Source of the DNA: Takakia lepidozioides
Lineage: Eukaryota; Plantae; Bryophyta
Direction: 5' to 3'
DNA: 64,000 bases
Assembly: GCA_030704615.1 (NCBI GenBank)
Contig: CM060732.1
Span: forward strand, 27,466,001 to 27,530,000
Shown in pieces: positions 12,640 to 24,688 of the stretch (within the stretch, counting starts at the first letter, position 1; every line of letters starts with the position of its first letter). Below the pieces are notes generated by a model. That model worked only from the letters and a program-made list of their open reading frames with translations. It was not told the DNA's origin and did no database searches. Made by a program: the position numbers and the translations under genes.

Positions 12640-13967
12640 TTCTCAGAACCGATCAGCAGTGCAGAAGCTGTCCTGGAGAGCTGCAAACACCTCCAAAAAT
12701 GCAGCACTACTTCCTTGATCAATCAAGATTTCAAATGCAATGAAATGGTACTTTATAACGTCCGCAGAAAGCCACAAAGGAGAGACAACATACAATTTGC
12801 AAGAAAAGCATGAGAATAAAAAATTGAAACTAACCTCAATTCTCCAGGAATGCCGTCAGCATAAACAGGCGGGGGTGGTGCTGTATATCCACTCTGATAC
12901 GGCTGACACATGTTAGTACAGGTACTATGATTACAGATTCTTCGCTGTTAGCCTGCAATTTTTCTCAAGCTAGCGTGAGAACAATTATTGGTCTTTGCGA
13001 AAGCAGTTCAAGTAGAGTCACAACAGATGGGGCCAGAGGAAGCACATGACTAGTGGTCCCCGTCTCAGAAGAAGTTCAGCGGTTTCCGTAACGTGAATCC
13101 TCTCACACGAGAAAAATAGCTGTCACACCCGAGATTTGCAGAGAAAGGCAAGCAGGAGATTGCTCCGATGCCGGCAAGAGAAAGATGCAGGACGGGGCTC
13201 GGAAAGAGAGAAGCGCAGAGCAGCAGACCTCCACAACACTGCCTGCAAGTAGCACAGATTCAAGAAACAAGTAGTGCAGCAAGGAAAGCGGACGCTAACT
13301 GGGCAAGAGTGTCGTGCCATGAAGACGAGCCCTCTTTTATCATTTTATTTTATTGTTTCATAAATGGCATTTTGTTTTCTCTTTTTTTTCTTTTTTTAAT
13401 GAACAGGGGACAGAGGCCCTGGTGAAATTTATTCGAAAAGTAATCCAAAAATGGTGTGCCTATAATAATGAAGCTTTTGGGGCCTAAATTGTATAAATTT
13501 GCATACTAGGCTAGTAAGATGAACTATTTTGATAGTTAGTGTTATGAGGTTTTATAACTTTAGAATTATCGATTAGTGTTTCATGAAGATGGACCCCTAT
13601 TTTCATTTGCATGATGGCTCTAAATTCTTTGGAATTGACGCATCCTATTGGCTTTACAAGTATCTGATAATTGTTTAAAGCTGTCTACAGAGTACATATT
13701 AGATAATTTGAGAAAATGCAATTTAAGCCAATGGTCGATTGACAACTTATACTAGAATTGTCTTTATAAATGAAAAGGTTGAGCAAAATTCTATGCTCCA
13801 CTATTGTCACTTCCACTCTAGGTATCTTCGTGTCTCCCGAAACTTTACCACCCCCTCATTGACCCTAACACATCGACAAAATTATTCATAACATTATTTA
13901 CTAATCATTGATCTGTAATGAAGCTGGCAGGACGAATATATATCCCTCAAGGTTGCCGGACATACAG

Positions 13968-14527
13968 GCCCTTATCAACCGTTTAGACGATAATTAATAC
14001 AAATTGAAAGTGCCTAACGCGTTTTGGGAATTTTTCAAATTTTGGCCTAATTGCACGGAAATTATGGGTCCAAAGTGCCTAATGCCTAGAAAATTCCAGC
14101 AAAAAACTTTCAAGCCTCTTCTCATGTTGTTTGTAATAAGATGAAAATTTCATTGAACAAAAATCAATACAAATATAAGCGTGCAGAAATAACTTCCTAC
14201 AAATCCCAATCTCTTTGCGAGAGCTCCATGTAACTTCAAAAGCCCCCTGCATAGACTCCACAATGTCTTCATATTCATCCTCCTCGCTAATCATCATGAT
14301 CTCTCCGTCTACCCCTGCAAGCTTTGAGGAGATTTGAGCTCGGCTTATTGGCATGGGACAAGGGACCCATGGGCATTGGGTTTCTATTTTGTATTTTTAT
14401 TCAAAAATAAATGTTTTCTCTTCTCATGTGCCTAATTCAAAAACCTTATAGCATGAAAATGCCTAATGTGAGAAATGGTTTGAGAAACGTGCCTAAGCAG
14501 TCTGTTGGTTTTTAATAATTATTAGGG
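13968..14527. mobile_element. Possible non-autonomous DNA transposon remnant
   Basis: Begins CCCTTATCAACCGTTTAG, which recurs at ~56567. Several GCCTAA motifs inside. No clear target-site duplication. Confidence 0.3.
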
Positions 14528-14754
14528 TTCTCCCTCGTTCCCTGCCTAGAACTGAGTGCGTCAACATACCCAATTTCTTCACTCATAAAAGAGCTCCGTA
14601 AACACATATTGAAGTTTGAAAGACGTCTCTCACTGCTCAGACTTCCCGGACCTTCCGGTTCGAGGTTTTTCACATTGTGCAACAAAATTTTGACGAAACC
14701 ACTTGGCAGCACATGCGTACTCTTACATTTTTTACCCATAACCAATGTTAGGAT

Positions 14755-16335
14755 ATGGTGCCCGGATGGCATGCATCTGCATTTCTGTGTATCTTGGCAG
14801 CGGAAGGCCAGGTTGGATCTGCAACAGGGATGACTGTAAATCAAGTGTCTGAGGACCATGAGGCCAGCAATGAGCAAGGTGGCGCCAAAGATATACATGA
14901 GGATTCAGTTGTGTTGGACTACCTCCGCACTGGAGACACGGCAGCCACTGTGACTGCCAAGGAGAGGGATCGGATCCTACAACGAGCCAAGAGGTTCAAG
15001 TGGGAGGGGACACACCTGCTCCAAGTGTGGGAGGATGGTCAAGTGAGGATTGTGCCTCACCCAACACAGCGGGCACGGTTAGTGCGCCATGCCCATGAGG
15101 AGTTGGGGCATTTTGGGGTGCGACGCACTCATAGTCTACTGCAGGGGCAGTATTGGTGGCGTGGTATGCACACAGAGGTGCAACAATTTGTGGCTAGGTG
15201 CATGGTGTATGACAGGGTGCGTGCTTCATTCAACGCCCCTACTCCACAATTGCACCCTCTTCCGATCATGGGATTGGGCTACAGGTGGAGTCTTGACTTC
15301 GAAGGGCCGTTGCCACTGACCATGCGCCACAACAAGTACGTGTTGGTGATGGTGGAGCACTTCTCCAAGTGGATTGAATTGGTTCCATTGCCTGATAAGG
15401 CTAGTGAGGGAGCTGCGTATGCATTCTTGGATTGTGTGCTTAGCCGATTCGGTGCTCCAGCTGAGGTACTCACGGACCAAGGGAGAGAGTTCTTGGGGGA
15501 GTTTCAGGCTTTGTGTGACAAGGCCTTGATAGACCACCGCACCACTTCTCGGGATCATCCTGAGGCCGATGGCTTGGCAGAGAGAGTTGTTCAGACAGTA
15601 AAGAGGGGTTTGCGCAAGTATGGCTTGCAGAAGGGACACCTAGGAGATTGGGACCTTCAGTTACCCTGGTTAGCCATGGGCTACAGGTTCAGCAAGCAAG
15701 CATCACTTGCCTCCTTCTCACCATACTTTCTTCTCTTTGGCCGAGAGCCGGATTTGCCTACATCCATTCGCAGAGAAGCTGCTACAGTTTTTAACCTTGA
15801 CGATCCGGACGTGTGGGCACGTGCATGTGAGCAGCGTGCAGAGTTGTTCAAGAGAGTCATGCCCATGGCTTTCGAGAACATTGCCATTGCACAACACCGT
15901 GATACGTTGAGGTATGCTACCATACGTGGTGGGGGCTATCGTCCTGGGGTTCGGAGATTCAACCCTGGTGACTATGTCTATCTGCAGCAGACTGTTCCTA
16001 CGACCCTGGATGTGACTGCAGGACGTGTTATTTTGAGGGTTCGAGAGGTCTTGCCCTCAGGCGTCTTGGTCTTGGAGGGTCGGGATGGCATAACTTGGAA
16101 GGACCATGTGCGTAATTGTGCGCCATGTCACCTTCCGAATGTCGATGGCAGGATTGACCCAAACCTGGTAGTGGTATCTGCAGGTTTGAGGTGCATGTTG
16201 TGTGGGTCTGCTAAAGGGGCAGCCACCATGCTGGTGTGCGATCAATGCTCTAGAGGTTGGCATATGGGATGCTTGACTCCACCTCTTGAGATGGTTCCGG
16301 ATGGGGATTGGTTATGTCCACATTGCATTGGATAG
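14755..16335 (+). CDS. Ty3/Gypsy integrase with C-terminal PHD finger (5'-truncated pol)
   Basis: HHCC region HEELGHFG...C..Y (last Cys altered), core WSLDF...TDQGREF...DGLAERVVQT, and C4HC3 PHD finger CMLC...LVCDQCSRGWHMGC...WLCPHC. Confidence 0.92.
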   Translation: MVPGWHASAFLCILAAEGQVGSATGMTVNQVSEDHEASNEQGGAKDIHEDSVVLDYLRTGDTAATVTAKERDRILQRAKRFKWEGTHLLQVWEDGQVRIVPHPTQRARLVRHAHEELGHFGVRRTHSLLQGQYWWRGMHTEVQQFVARCMVYDRVRASFNAPTPQLHPLPIMGLGYRWSLDFEGPLPLTMRHNKYVLVMVEHFSKWIELVPLPDKASEGAAYAFLDCVLSRFGAPAEVLTDQGREFLGEFQALCDKALIDHRTTSRDHPEADGLAERVVQTVKRGLRKYGLQKGHLGDWDLQLPWLAMGYRFSKQASLASFSPYFLLFGREPDLPTSIRREAATVFNLDDPDVWARACEQRAELFKRVMPMAFENIAIAQHRDTLRYATIRGGGYRPGVRRFNPGDYVYLQQTVPTTLDVTAGRVILRVREVLPSGVLVLEGRDGITWKDHVRNCAPCHLPNVDGRIDPNLVVVSAGLRCMLCGSAKGAATMLVCDQCSRGWHMGCLTPPLEMVPDGDWLCPHCIG

Positions 16336-16595
16336 TGGGAGTGGATACAACCATGGAAGGCTAACAAGAAACGCAAGGCCCAGCTACTAGGAGACCTTGA
16401 ACACACGAGGTCCTGGCTCAAGTTCACAGATTGCAAGATGGCGACTAACGATGGGGCTACTCTTGTACCCGGCCTCTTGGTCTATAGAGTTTGAGTACAA
16501 TAGGGACAGTGATAGAGGACTTAGTACGGCTGTGGCTATTACATCTTGTAGCTATCTGGAGGTAGAGGGACCTATCCACCAGCTAGGGGGGCGAT

Positions 16596-17473
16596 TGTGG
16601 CAGACTACTTTATTGTGCATATATGTGTGGTGTGGTTTGGACAGCGATGTAGTTGTGTAGCGATATGTATGCGCACGACAGCTGTCAAGTTAAATAAGCA
16701 CAGTGTGAAAACAGCTAGAATAAAACTAGTTATTTATATTTAACATTTGGATTTAGGTCAAGTGTTAAATCAGATGTCAAGTTTAGTTTGACACCTGGTC
16801 CGTCTTATCTTCACGAGAGCGGCAGTCGTGCGGCTCATCTTTCTCGAGTTGAGCCTGCGCGACCGAGCTCCTTCATGCGTTTAGATCTGAGTGTGCTTAT
16901 GATGGGAGTGTAGGTTGTTGTGGGGTGGAATCCACATAGCGTGGGGTGCCCCTGGCTCGACTTCTATTTTAAAGAGTGATAGCGATGGATTTCATATTTC
17001 TTGTGTTGAGAGTGTGTGTCCTTTTTAGCTTGTTTATCATTGTGGCAGACTACTTTATTGTGCATATATGTGTGATGTGGTTTGGACAGCGATGTAGTTG
17101 TGTAGCGATATGTATGCGCACGACACATGGCTGGTTGTGAAACCCCCGCGGACAGCTACAGAAGTATATATAAGGGGAGTAGTGACCCCGAGAACGGTGC
17201 AAGCCCGTTGGTGACCAAAAACTAGTGAGTAAGCGAGCGAGCCGGAAAGCGACCAAAGAGTGGGGAGCTGTTCCGGACTGCCATCTACCAAAGGGAATTC
17301 CACTAGGCCCAAATAGGTGGAGGGTTTAGTGGGAGAGCGAAGGGGGACCGTTATGTCCCGGTGAGCAGCCGAAGCTCCAAATTGGCCCGGCGGCCAGGTT
17401 GGGAGTCAGGCGCGCGCATCAAAGCGAGTAACTATGACTTGAAGGGGAGCTTACCGAAGTGAGGTGCGCGACA
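16596..17473 (+). mobile_element. 3' LTR region of the Gypsy-PHD element: truncated LTR 16596-16680, intervening TG..CA segment 16683-17039, full LTR 17041-17473
   Basis: Purine tract AGCTAGGGGGGCGA precedes TGTGGCAGAC. The same ~85 bp recurs at 17041, and that copy ends GCGCGACA. Confidence 0.7.
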
Positions 17474-18079
17474 CTATATGGTCATTATCTGATGGACTGC
17501 TTCCAATTCTGTATGAAGCAACTTCACTTCTTGCAACTTGCCTTCATGCTTAACCTGCAACTGGTGTAGCTGTTGCTTACGTACTTCATACAACTTCTCC
17601 TGCTCTAGACCTGCTTCAATCAAAATTTTCCTTCGCAAGCTGTAGGGCAGATTTAGTATTCTCCAACTCTTTCTGCAACTTGAGATTGGCCTCCACATCC
17701 ACCTTGTTTGCACACTCAGTGACAATTCTTGCCTCAAACTCTTGCTTGAGCTCCTCCCGCAATGTGCCAATTGTGTGGAAGGAACATGAGTCTTGACATA
17801 GGTGCCCAATGGGTTGAGAGTCCTACTTATGGAACTCATAAGCATGGCCTGTTGTGGGTCTTCATGGAGAACTTGCTGCTGTTCTTCCTGATTCTTCACA
17901 GTTTGATGTTTCACAAACCAATCAAGCCATGATCCCACAGGATCTTTTTCCTGAGCAACCTCATCTTGTACAGGTGCTGCAGTACCCTTGCCCTTTACCC
18001 CTTTAACCTCCGCCACAAGTTTGGGCATGACTTGCACAACAAGGTTTTCCTTGGGTAGACTTTGCATCTTTGGTACCAT
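17474..18079 (-). other. Q/E/K-rich coiled-coil-like ORF, probably a transposon accessory gene remnant
   Basis: 201-aa low-complexity ORF abutting the LTR. No recognisable domain. Confidence 0.25.
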
Positions 18080-18087
18080 GGGTTCTT

Positions 18088-18625
18088 TTGGGGGTTACAT
18101 GGTCATAACTACATGAGCCGGGGTTACAGAGGGTAACACTAGCCTCACATTGGACGGGAGGTGACACGATGTATGGTTACAGTGGGTGACATGATCGGGG
18201 TTATAGGTGCTGGGGTTTCATTGGTTGGGTCATCATACGCTGACACAATGACATGAGTCGGGGATACATGAATGATGGGGTTACACGGGGGATTACACGG
18301 TTGCAAGTATATGAGACGGGGTTGCATGACGAGGGGCTACAGAATGGGGGTTACATGGGTGGGATTACACGGTCTTGGTTCCATGATCGGGGTTACATGA
18401 CGAGGGGATACACGTCGGGTTACATGTGGAAGGGTTACATGGGACGGGGTTTACAGGAGGTTACAGGTCAGTGTTACACCCCAATTTTTGGGTGGGGGTT
18501 ACACGTCGGGGATGACTCAACACATGGGGCGGGGTAACACTGTGAGGGTTACATGAGGCGGGGCTACACGGTGAGGATTACATGAGGCGGAGTTACAGGG
18601 GCTCACCTACGGCGGGTTACATGGG
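18088..18625 (+). repeat. Degenerate G-rich array of GGG(G)TTACA(C/T) motifs
   Basis: About 20 irregularly spaced GGGTTACA-like motifs. Confidence 0.8.
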
Positions 18626-18880
18626 GTGTGACGAGATGGGGTTATATGGAATTGGCGGGCTGGTGGAACTGGCGGACTGGTGTCGCAAGACAACGATGCG
18701 ACTGGGGCCGACGACGCCCATGGAATGAGAGCAGAGGTGGGGAGGATTTGACCGAGCCTGGGCGGCTGCCTTTCGATGGCCGCCGGAGGCAGAAAACCAG
18801 CGGTACAGGGGCTCGCATTAAGTTCCTACATTATTCCTATTATCTTCCGGCACTATCCCTCCATTGTCTGGGACGCCTCT

Positions 18881-19346
18881 GAATTTTGTGTGGCCTCGTC
18901 GTAATGAGGCCGCACGGCGCAGAGGGGACAGGGACCTGACAGCGGGCCCCTCTACATTAAAACGATCCCTATTGCCCTGTGTCTCTTATATATTAAAAAA
19001 ACAACATTATCTTGCTACGGTGGAGGTTGTGGTCTAGTGGTAGGTCGATTGTGTAGTAGCGGTGGGGGACTGGGATTCCATTCCCTGAATGTGGTTCTGG
19101 TGGTTGGCGCTGACTACAACTACTTCCATGGAGGTAGTATGTAACTACTCTCATGCAGGAAGTTCAGCTTGGTTTTGCAACTACATTCATGTAGAAAATC
19201 CTAAAACTACCTGCATGGAGGTAGTTGTAAATTCCATACACCAAAAAAATTCAAAGGTAGTTTGCTTCTATATTAATTGAGACAGCGGGCCCCATCATGT
19301 GACCAGCCTCTGACCAGCCTCATTACGACGAGGCCACACAAAATTC
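18881..19346. mobile_element. MITE-like element with a perfect 30-bp inverted repeat
   Basis: GAATTTTGTGTGGCCTCGTCGTAATGAGGC at 18881-18910 and its reverse complement at 19317-19346. A 13-bp internal direct repeat GACAGCGGGCCCC flanks ~330 bp. Confidence 0.7.
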
Positions 19347-20036
19347 CGAGCCGTCTGGGACATCGTGCCGAGCCTAACCTCCGGCAAACTAGTGGGAACA
19401 GCCCTTAACACCGCTGGCCTCGATACAATTACTAACTACTAAACTTGTGAAGTGCACTGGCAAGGGTACGAGATCGGCCAGCCTCTCCTTTGGCTGATGT
19501 ATGGGGAAAGGGAGGAGAGAGATATGTATACTCAGAAAGAACTAAAGGAAGGAGACGTAAAATGCGGCAGCAAATGATAGTTCACACCTAACGTTTGCGT
19601 GATCCTTGAAACCGAATGATCGTTTCCCAAGTATAGAGGGGCCTCCTGTTGCAATCGTTTCTTGCATCGGGGTTGCAAGTACACGGACCCAAATTCTCAC
19701 TCACAGGCCGGGACACCTGCGTTCTTCTGAAGGCGCATGCCCACCCCCTACGCAAGGCCCTGTCCTCTCGCTTCGGTCATGCGAGAGGCCTCGTGTCATG
19801 CACGGATTAAAGGCTTGGGCTGTGGAGCTGAAAACGGCACCCCCCTTGGCAATGCGCAGAGGACGGAGTCCCTTGCATATGGTGGCGATGACGCCTTCAG
19901 TGATGCCATTCCAATCAGGTAATAACACAAAACACTTCGCGGTTTCCTTTTGGGAGTCGCTGTGTTGAACGTAGGCTCCGAATAGTCTTTTGCAATTCAG
20001 CATAGACGGAAAGACAAGGCCGATCATCGGTATATC

Positions 20037-21590
20037 TGGCGCGTAGGTCAACGCTGGAGCATGGAACATTGCTGGCAGGAGTTCTTTAAAGATCCTTCAC
20101 AATGGTGGGAAACTAGCCTTGACAAGGTAAGCTTTCTTCATGTAGGATGAGAAGGAGTCTCAGGGAGTTTGACTGAACTCTGGTAAAATCGTATTGTGTG
20201 GACTGTATTGAACCCGTAGTTGTTGAGTGAAGTTAGAATCTTGCGTTGCTCTGCAAAACCTGCTTTTAACTGGCCGTATGAGGCTGTTCTTCCTGAGCAG
20301 GGCATGAGAGTAGAATATGAAGATGCACAAGGTCTTTTCCCTGGAGTTTGCAAGGTGCTTGGGAGGGTTGAATGTGGCTGTTCCCAGGTCGCTTTCACAG
20401 ACCACTCCAAAACTCCAGACTACAGACTTAAGCTTGTTTAGCATCAGTGTAAGTTTGGACATGTTCCTCATTGTGTAGAGTCCAATGTAGCCCAAAGAGA
20501 CTTGCATGACTGCTGTTAAAAGCTCACTAGTACTCCTTCATGAAGGAACTTGTTGATGGCGAATTTTCGGGCCCGAAGGTCTACTGTGGAGAATGGAGCA
20601 GAGCTGGCAATTTTTAAAAGATCCTTCACAATGGTGGGACAACCGCAATTGCAAGGGGTGGCTTTCTTAATTTATGATGAGAAGAAGTTTGTCCATCCTG
20701 CAAATGTGGGCTCTTTGTACTATTATCATGATGTGGTATTTTTCCTGGTGTTTACAAGGTACTTCGAGGGTCAATTTGGTCTAAGGAGGCCAAGTTTAGA
20801 TGCATGGCTGCTCAGCTGCACCGCGGTGTTTCTCCTCATAGACCAATCCACGATCACCTGACTACAGACACAAGCAGCACACACACAAGGTCCTTTTGGG
20901 TTGATGGTCGGTTGAGTCCTCCATGGGTGAAAGAAAAGCTACATGCTTTCTTGACACCAGGTCAAGGACAATGTGGTGAGGGCACCTTCTTCAACACATT
21001 TCAGCCTGTTTTTCCCCCTCATCAGAATCATCCCTCGTTTTGTATGTTGAATTCTGCAAGTAAGCTCGTTGGGTGGATCTATGGTGGTTTGGAGTGATTT
21101 TGACATGTTACTGCCAATGTGGCAGCAGGAAAGTATCCAAACACAGATAACAGAGACAAGGAGAAGCTTTGGGATGAATATTTTTCGGGCCCCAATCAAT
21201 CGTGGGACAATCGAGGCAAAAAGGTGAATGCCTGTTAGATTACCGAGAGAAGCAGACAACAATATGCAATGCAAACTTTGTTGGAAACTGTCATCCTCTC
21301 TCTCCCCGGCACATTTTTCAAGTCTTGGGAGTCATTCAAGTTTCGAAGTAGTGTGTGATAAGTAGGGTTGGAGTGCTGGCTAGAACAAATCTAGGCTGTC
21401 ATTGTCAGCCACTAGCAGGGAGGCGAGGATTAGGCGTGGTCATGCAGGGACAGGGATAACTGAAGCACCGGGGATAGAGTGTGGGTCCAGATTCATCCAA
21501 GAGGACCGGATTTCAACCACAATATTACCTATGATACCCTGTGGATCGAGAGCTACAAGAAACCTGCATGGGTAGATGCTCAACTGGAAG
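20037..21590 (+). pseudogene. 5' exons of the PPR gene encoding three OSB-type PDF repeats (some frameshifted)
   Basis: Segments read WQEFFKDPSQWWETSLDK|GTAAG; KTPDYRLK; WQFLKDPSQWWDNRNCK; TNPRSPDYRHK...WVDGRLSPPWVKEKL; LWDEYFSGPNQSWDNRGKK|GTGAAT; CAG|IHPRGPDFNHNITYDTLWIESYKKPAWV. These match the OSB PDF consensus W..FF..P..WWDNR..K.NP..PDFKHK.T...LW. Confidence 0.8.
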
Positions 21591-24500
21591 CAGCAGCAGC
21601 AGCGGCACAGTTGATAATATCAGGCACCTCGACCATGACCACAGCTTCCAAAAGAGGACCAAGAGAGGGAGTCCACAATGCCTCTTCTGGCACTTCTGGG
21701 CATGTGAGGATGCTCTGTGAAGCAGGGCAACTGACAGAGGCTCTACAGGCTTTAAATCAAGGAGGCATTTCAGCAGATTCAGATACTTATGTCTGTCTCT
21801 TGCAGAAGTGCATCAAGGTGAAATGCCTGGAATCTGGAAAGCTGGTGCACGCTCACATTATCCAAAGTGGATTCAAGCCAAACGTTTTTCTACACAACAC
21901 CCTTGTCAACATGTATGTTAAGTGCGGGAGCATTGTCGATGCTCACCAAGTGTTCAACAGAATGCCTCGACGACGATTAATCACGTGGAATATAATGATG
22001 GCAGGATTTACCAAGCATGGGTATGGTATAAATGCTTTGGAGACATATGAGCAAATGATGCGGGAAGGTGTGAGACCCAACTGCATCACGTTTGTTTGTG
22101 TTTGCAATGCATGTTCAAGCCTGGCTGCCCTGGAAAAGGGGAAAGAGGTCCATGGTGACATCATTAAAGCTGGAATTGTACCAGATGTCATTCTGAACAC
22201 TGCCCTGGTGGACATGTATGCCAAATGCCGGAGCATTAAAGATGCAAAGGGAGTGTTCGATCATATGGCTGAACGAAATGTGGTGTCGTGGAACGCGATG
22301 ATTGCAGGATACGCACAGCAACGGTGTGGAATGGAGGCTTTGGAGACCTATGAGCATATGATGCGGGAAGGGGTGAAGCCCAACCACATCACATTTGTTT
22401 GCGTTTGCAACGCGTGTGCATGCCTGGCAGCCCAGGAAAAGGGCAAAGAGGTCCATGGTGACATTGTCAAAGCTGGAATTGTACCAGATGTCATTCTGAA
22501 CACAGCCCTGGTGGACATGTACGCCAAATGCGGGAGCATTGAAATTGCGAAGGGAGTGTTCGACAATATGGCTGAACGAAATGTGGTGTCGTGGAACGCG
22601 ATGCTCGCAGGATATGCACAGCAGGGGCATGGGAGGGAGGCTTTGGAGACTTATGACCAAATGATGCGGGAAGGGGTTAAGCCCAACCACATCACGTTTG
22701 TTTGCGTGTGCAATGCGTGTGCGAGCCTGGCAGCCCTGGAAAAGGGCAAAGAGGTTCATGGTGACATCATCAAAGCTGGAATTGTACCAGATGTCATTCT
22801 GAACACTGCCCTGGTGGACATGTATGCCAAATGCCGGAGCATTGAAGATGCCAAGGGAGCGTTTGAGAAGATGGCTGAACGAGACGTGGTGTCATGGAGC
22901 GCAATGATCGCGGGATATGCACAGCAGGGGCATGGGATGGAGGCTTTGGAGACCTATGAGCAAATGATGCGGGAAGGGGTGAAGCCCGACCTCGTCACGT
23001 TTGTTTGTGTTTGCAATGCATGTACAAACCTGGCAGCCCTGGAAAAGGGCAAAGAGGTCCATGCTGACATTGTTAAAGCTGGACTTATAACAGATGTCAT
23101 TCTGAACAATACCCTGGTGGACATGTATGCCAAATGTGGGTGCATCAAGGATGCAAAGGTAGTGTTCGACACTATCACTGAACGAGATGTGATGTCGTGG
23201 AACGCGATGATCACAGGATATGCACAGCAGGGACACGGGATGGAGGCTTTGGAGACCTATCACCAAATGATGCAGGCAGGAGTGAAGCCCAACCACATCA
23301 CGTATGTTTGCGTTTGCAATGTCTGTGCAAGCCTGGCAGCCCTGGAGAAGGGCAAAGAAGTCCATAGTGCCATCCTCAAAGCTGGAATGGGACCAGATGT
23401 CATTCTGACCACCGCCCTGGTGGACATGTATGCCAAATGTGGGAGCATTGAAGATGCAAAGGGAGTGTTTGACAATATGGGTGAACGAGATGTGGTGTCG
23501 TGGAACGTAATGATCGCAGGATATTCAAAGCAGGGGCGCGGTATGGAGGCTTTGGAGACGTATGAGCAAATGATGAGGGAAGGAGTGAAGCCCAACCACA
23601 TCACATTTATTTGCGTTTGCAATGCATGTGCCAGTCTGACAGCCCTGGAAAAGTGCAAAGAGGTTCATGGTGACATTGTCAAAGCTGGAATCATACCCGA
23701 TGTCATTCTGAACAATACCCTGGTGGATATGTATGCCAAGTGTGGGTGCATCGAGGATGCAAACAGAGTGTTTGATCAAATGGCGGAGCGAGATGTGGTA
23801 TCGTGGAACACAATGATCGCAGGATATGCAAAGGAGGGGCGAGGGATGGAGGCTTTGGTGACCTATGAGCAAATGATGCAGGAAGGTGTGAAGCCCACCC
23901 ACATCACGTTTGTTTGCGTTTGCAATGCGTGTGCAAGCCTGGCAGCCCTGGAAAAGTGCAAAGAGGTCCATGGTGACATTTTTAAAGCTGGAATTGTACC
24001 AGATGTCATTCTGAACACAGCCCTGGTGGACATGTATGCCAAATCCGGGAGCATTGAAGATGCAAAGGGAGTGTTCAACAATATGGCAGACCGAGATGTG
24101 GTGTCCTGGAACGCGATGATTGCAGGATTTGCCCAGCATGGTTGTCATAGGGAAGCCTTGCAACTATTTGAAGGATTGCAAATGGAACATTTGAAGCCAG
24201 ACAGTATCACCTTTATATGTGTTCTCACTGCATGCAGCCACGTTGGCCTACTGGATGAAGGAAGACGCTACTTTCATTCCCTGAGTCAAGATCATGGTGT
24301 TACTCCAACAATAAAGCACTTTGGCTGCATGGTGGATCTTCTTGGACGCGCGGGGCGATTGGATGAGGCAGAGGACCTCATTAATAAAATGCCAACCAAA
24401 CCAGATGCTGTGGTGTGGAAAGCCTTGCTTGGTGCCTGCAGAATTCATGGCAATGTGGAGATGGCTGAACGTGTGGCAACATCTATTCTCAGGTGGGATG

Positions 24501-24688
24501 GACAGGATGCCGCGACTTATGTGTTGCTATCAAACATCTACGCCACTGCTGGCAGGTGTGCTGATAGTGCAAAGGTGAGAAAAGTGATGAAGGTCAGAGG
24601 GGCTAGAAAGGAGGCAGGTCACTGCTGCATTGAGGTTGGCAAAGGGTGCACACCTTTGGTGCAGATGACAAATTGCATCGTAAATTAA
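21479..24688 (+). CDS. PLS-class pentatricopeptide repeat protein with E1/E2 domains (RNA-editing-factor type); main exon starts at 21491
   Basis: About 8 near-identical 101-aa P-L-S triplets, followed by P2-L2-S2, then E motifs VVWKALLGACRIHG and ATYVLLSNIYA, and a PG-box-like RKEAGHCCIEV. Confidence 0.93.
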   Translation: MWVQIHPRGPDFNHNITYDTLWIESYKKPAWVDAQLEAAAAAAQLIISGTSTMTTASKRGPREGVHNASSGTSGHVRMLCEAGQLTEALQALNQGGISADSDTYVCLLQKCIKVKCLESGKLVHAHIIQSGFKPNVFLHNTLVNMYVKCGSIVDAHQVFNRMPRRRLITWNIMMAGFTKHGYGINALETYEQMMREGVRPNCITFVCVCNACSSLAALEKGKEVHGDIIKAGIVPDVILNTALVDMYAKCRSIKDAKGVFDHMAERNVVSWNAMIAGYAQQRCGMEALETYEHMMREGVKPNHITFVCVCNACACLAAQEKGKEVHGDIVKAGIVPDVILNTALVDMYAKCGSIEIAKGVFDNMAERNVVSWNAMLAGYAQQGHGREALETYDQMMREGVKPNHITFVCVCNACASLAALEKGKEVHGDIIKAGIVPDVILNTALVDMYAKCRSIEDAKGAFEKMAERDVVSWSAMIAGYAQQGHGMEALETYEQMMREGVKPDLVTFVCVCNACTNLAALEKGKEVHADIVKAGLITDVILNNTLVDMYAKCGCIKDAKVVFDTITERDVMSWNAMITGYAQQGHGMEALETYHQMMQAGVKPNHITYVCVCNVCASLAALEKGKEVHSAILKAGMGPDVILTTALVDMYAKCGSIEDAKGVFDNMGERDVVSWNVMIAGYSKQGRGMEALETYEQMMREGVKPNHITFICVCNACASLTALEKCKEVHGDIVKAGIIPDVILNNTLVDMYAKCGCIEDANRVFDQMAERDVVSWNTMIAGYAKEGRGMEALVTYEQMMQEGVKPTHITFVCVCNACASLAALEKCKEVHGDIFKAGIVPDVILNTALVDMYAKSGSIEDAKGVFNNMADRDVVSWNAMIAGFAQHGCHREALQLFEGLQMEHLKPDSITFICVLTACSHVGLLDEGRRYFHSLSQDHGVTPTIKHFGCMVDLLGRAGRLDEAEDLINKMPTKPDAVVWKALLGACRIHGNVEMAERVATSILRWDGQDAATYVLLSNIYATAGRCADSAKVRKVMKVRGARKEAGHCCIEVGKGCTPLVQMTNCIVN

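Noticed and set aside
19020-19090. Functional tRNA gene
   Set aside because: A- and B-box-like motifs are present, but no consistent acceptor or anticodon stem.
21943-24448. Several minus-strand ORFs over the PPR gene
   Set aside because: Antisense shadows of the repetitive PPR coding sequence.
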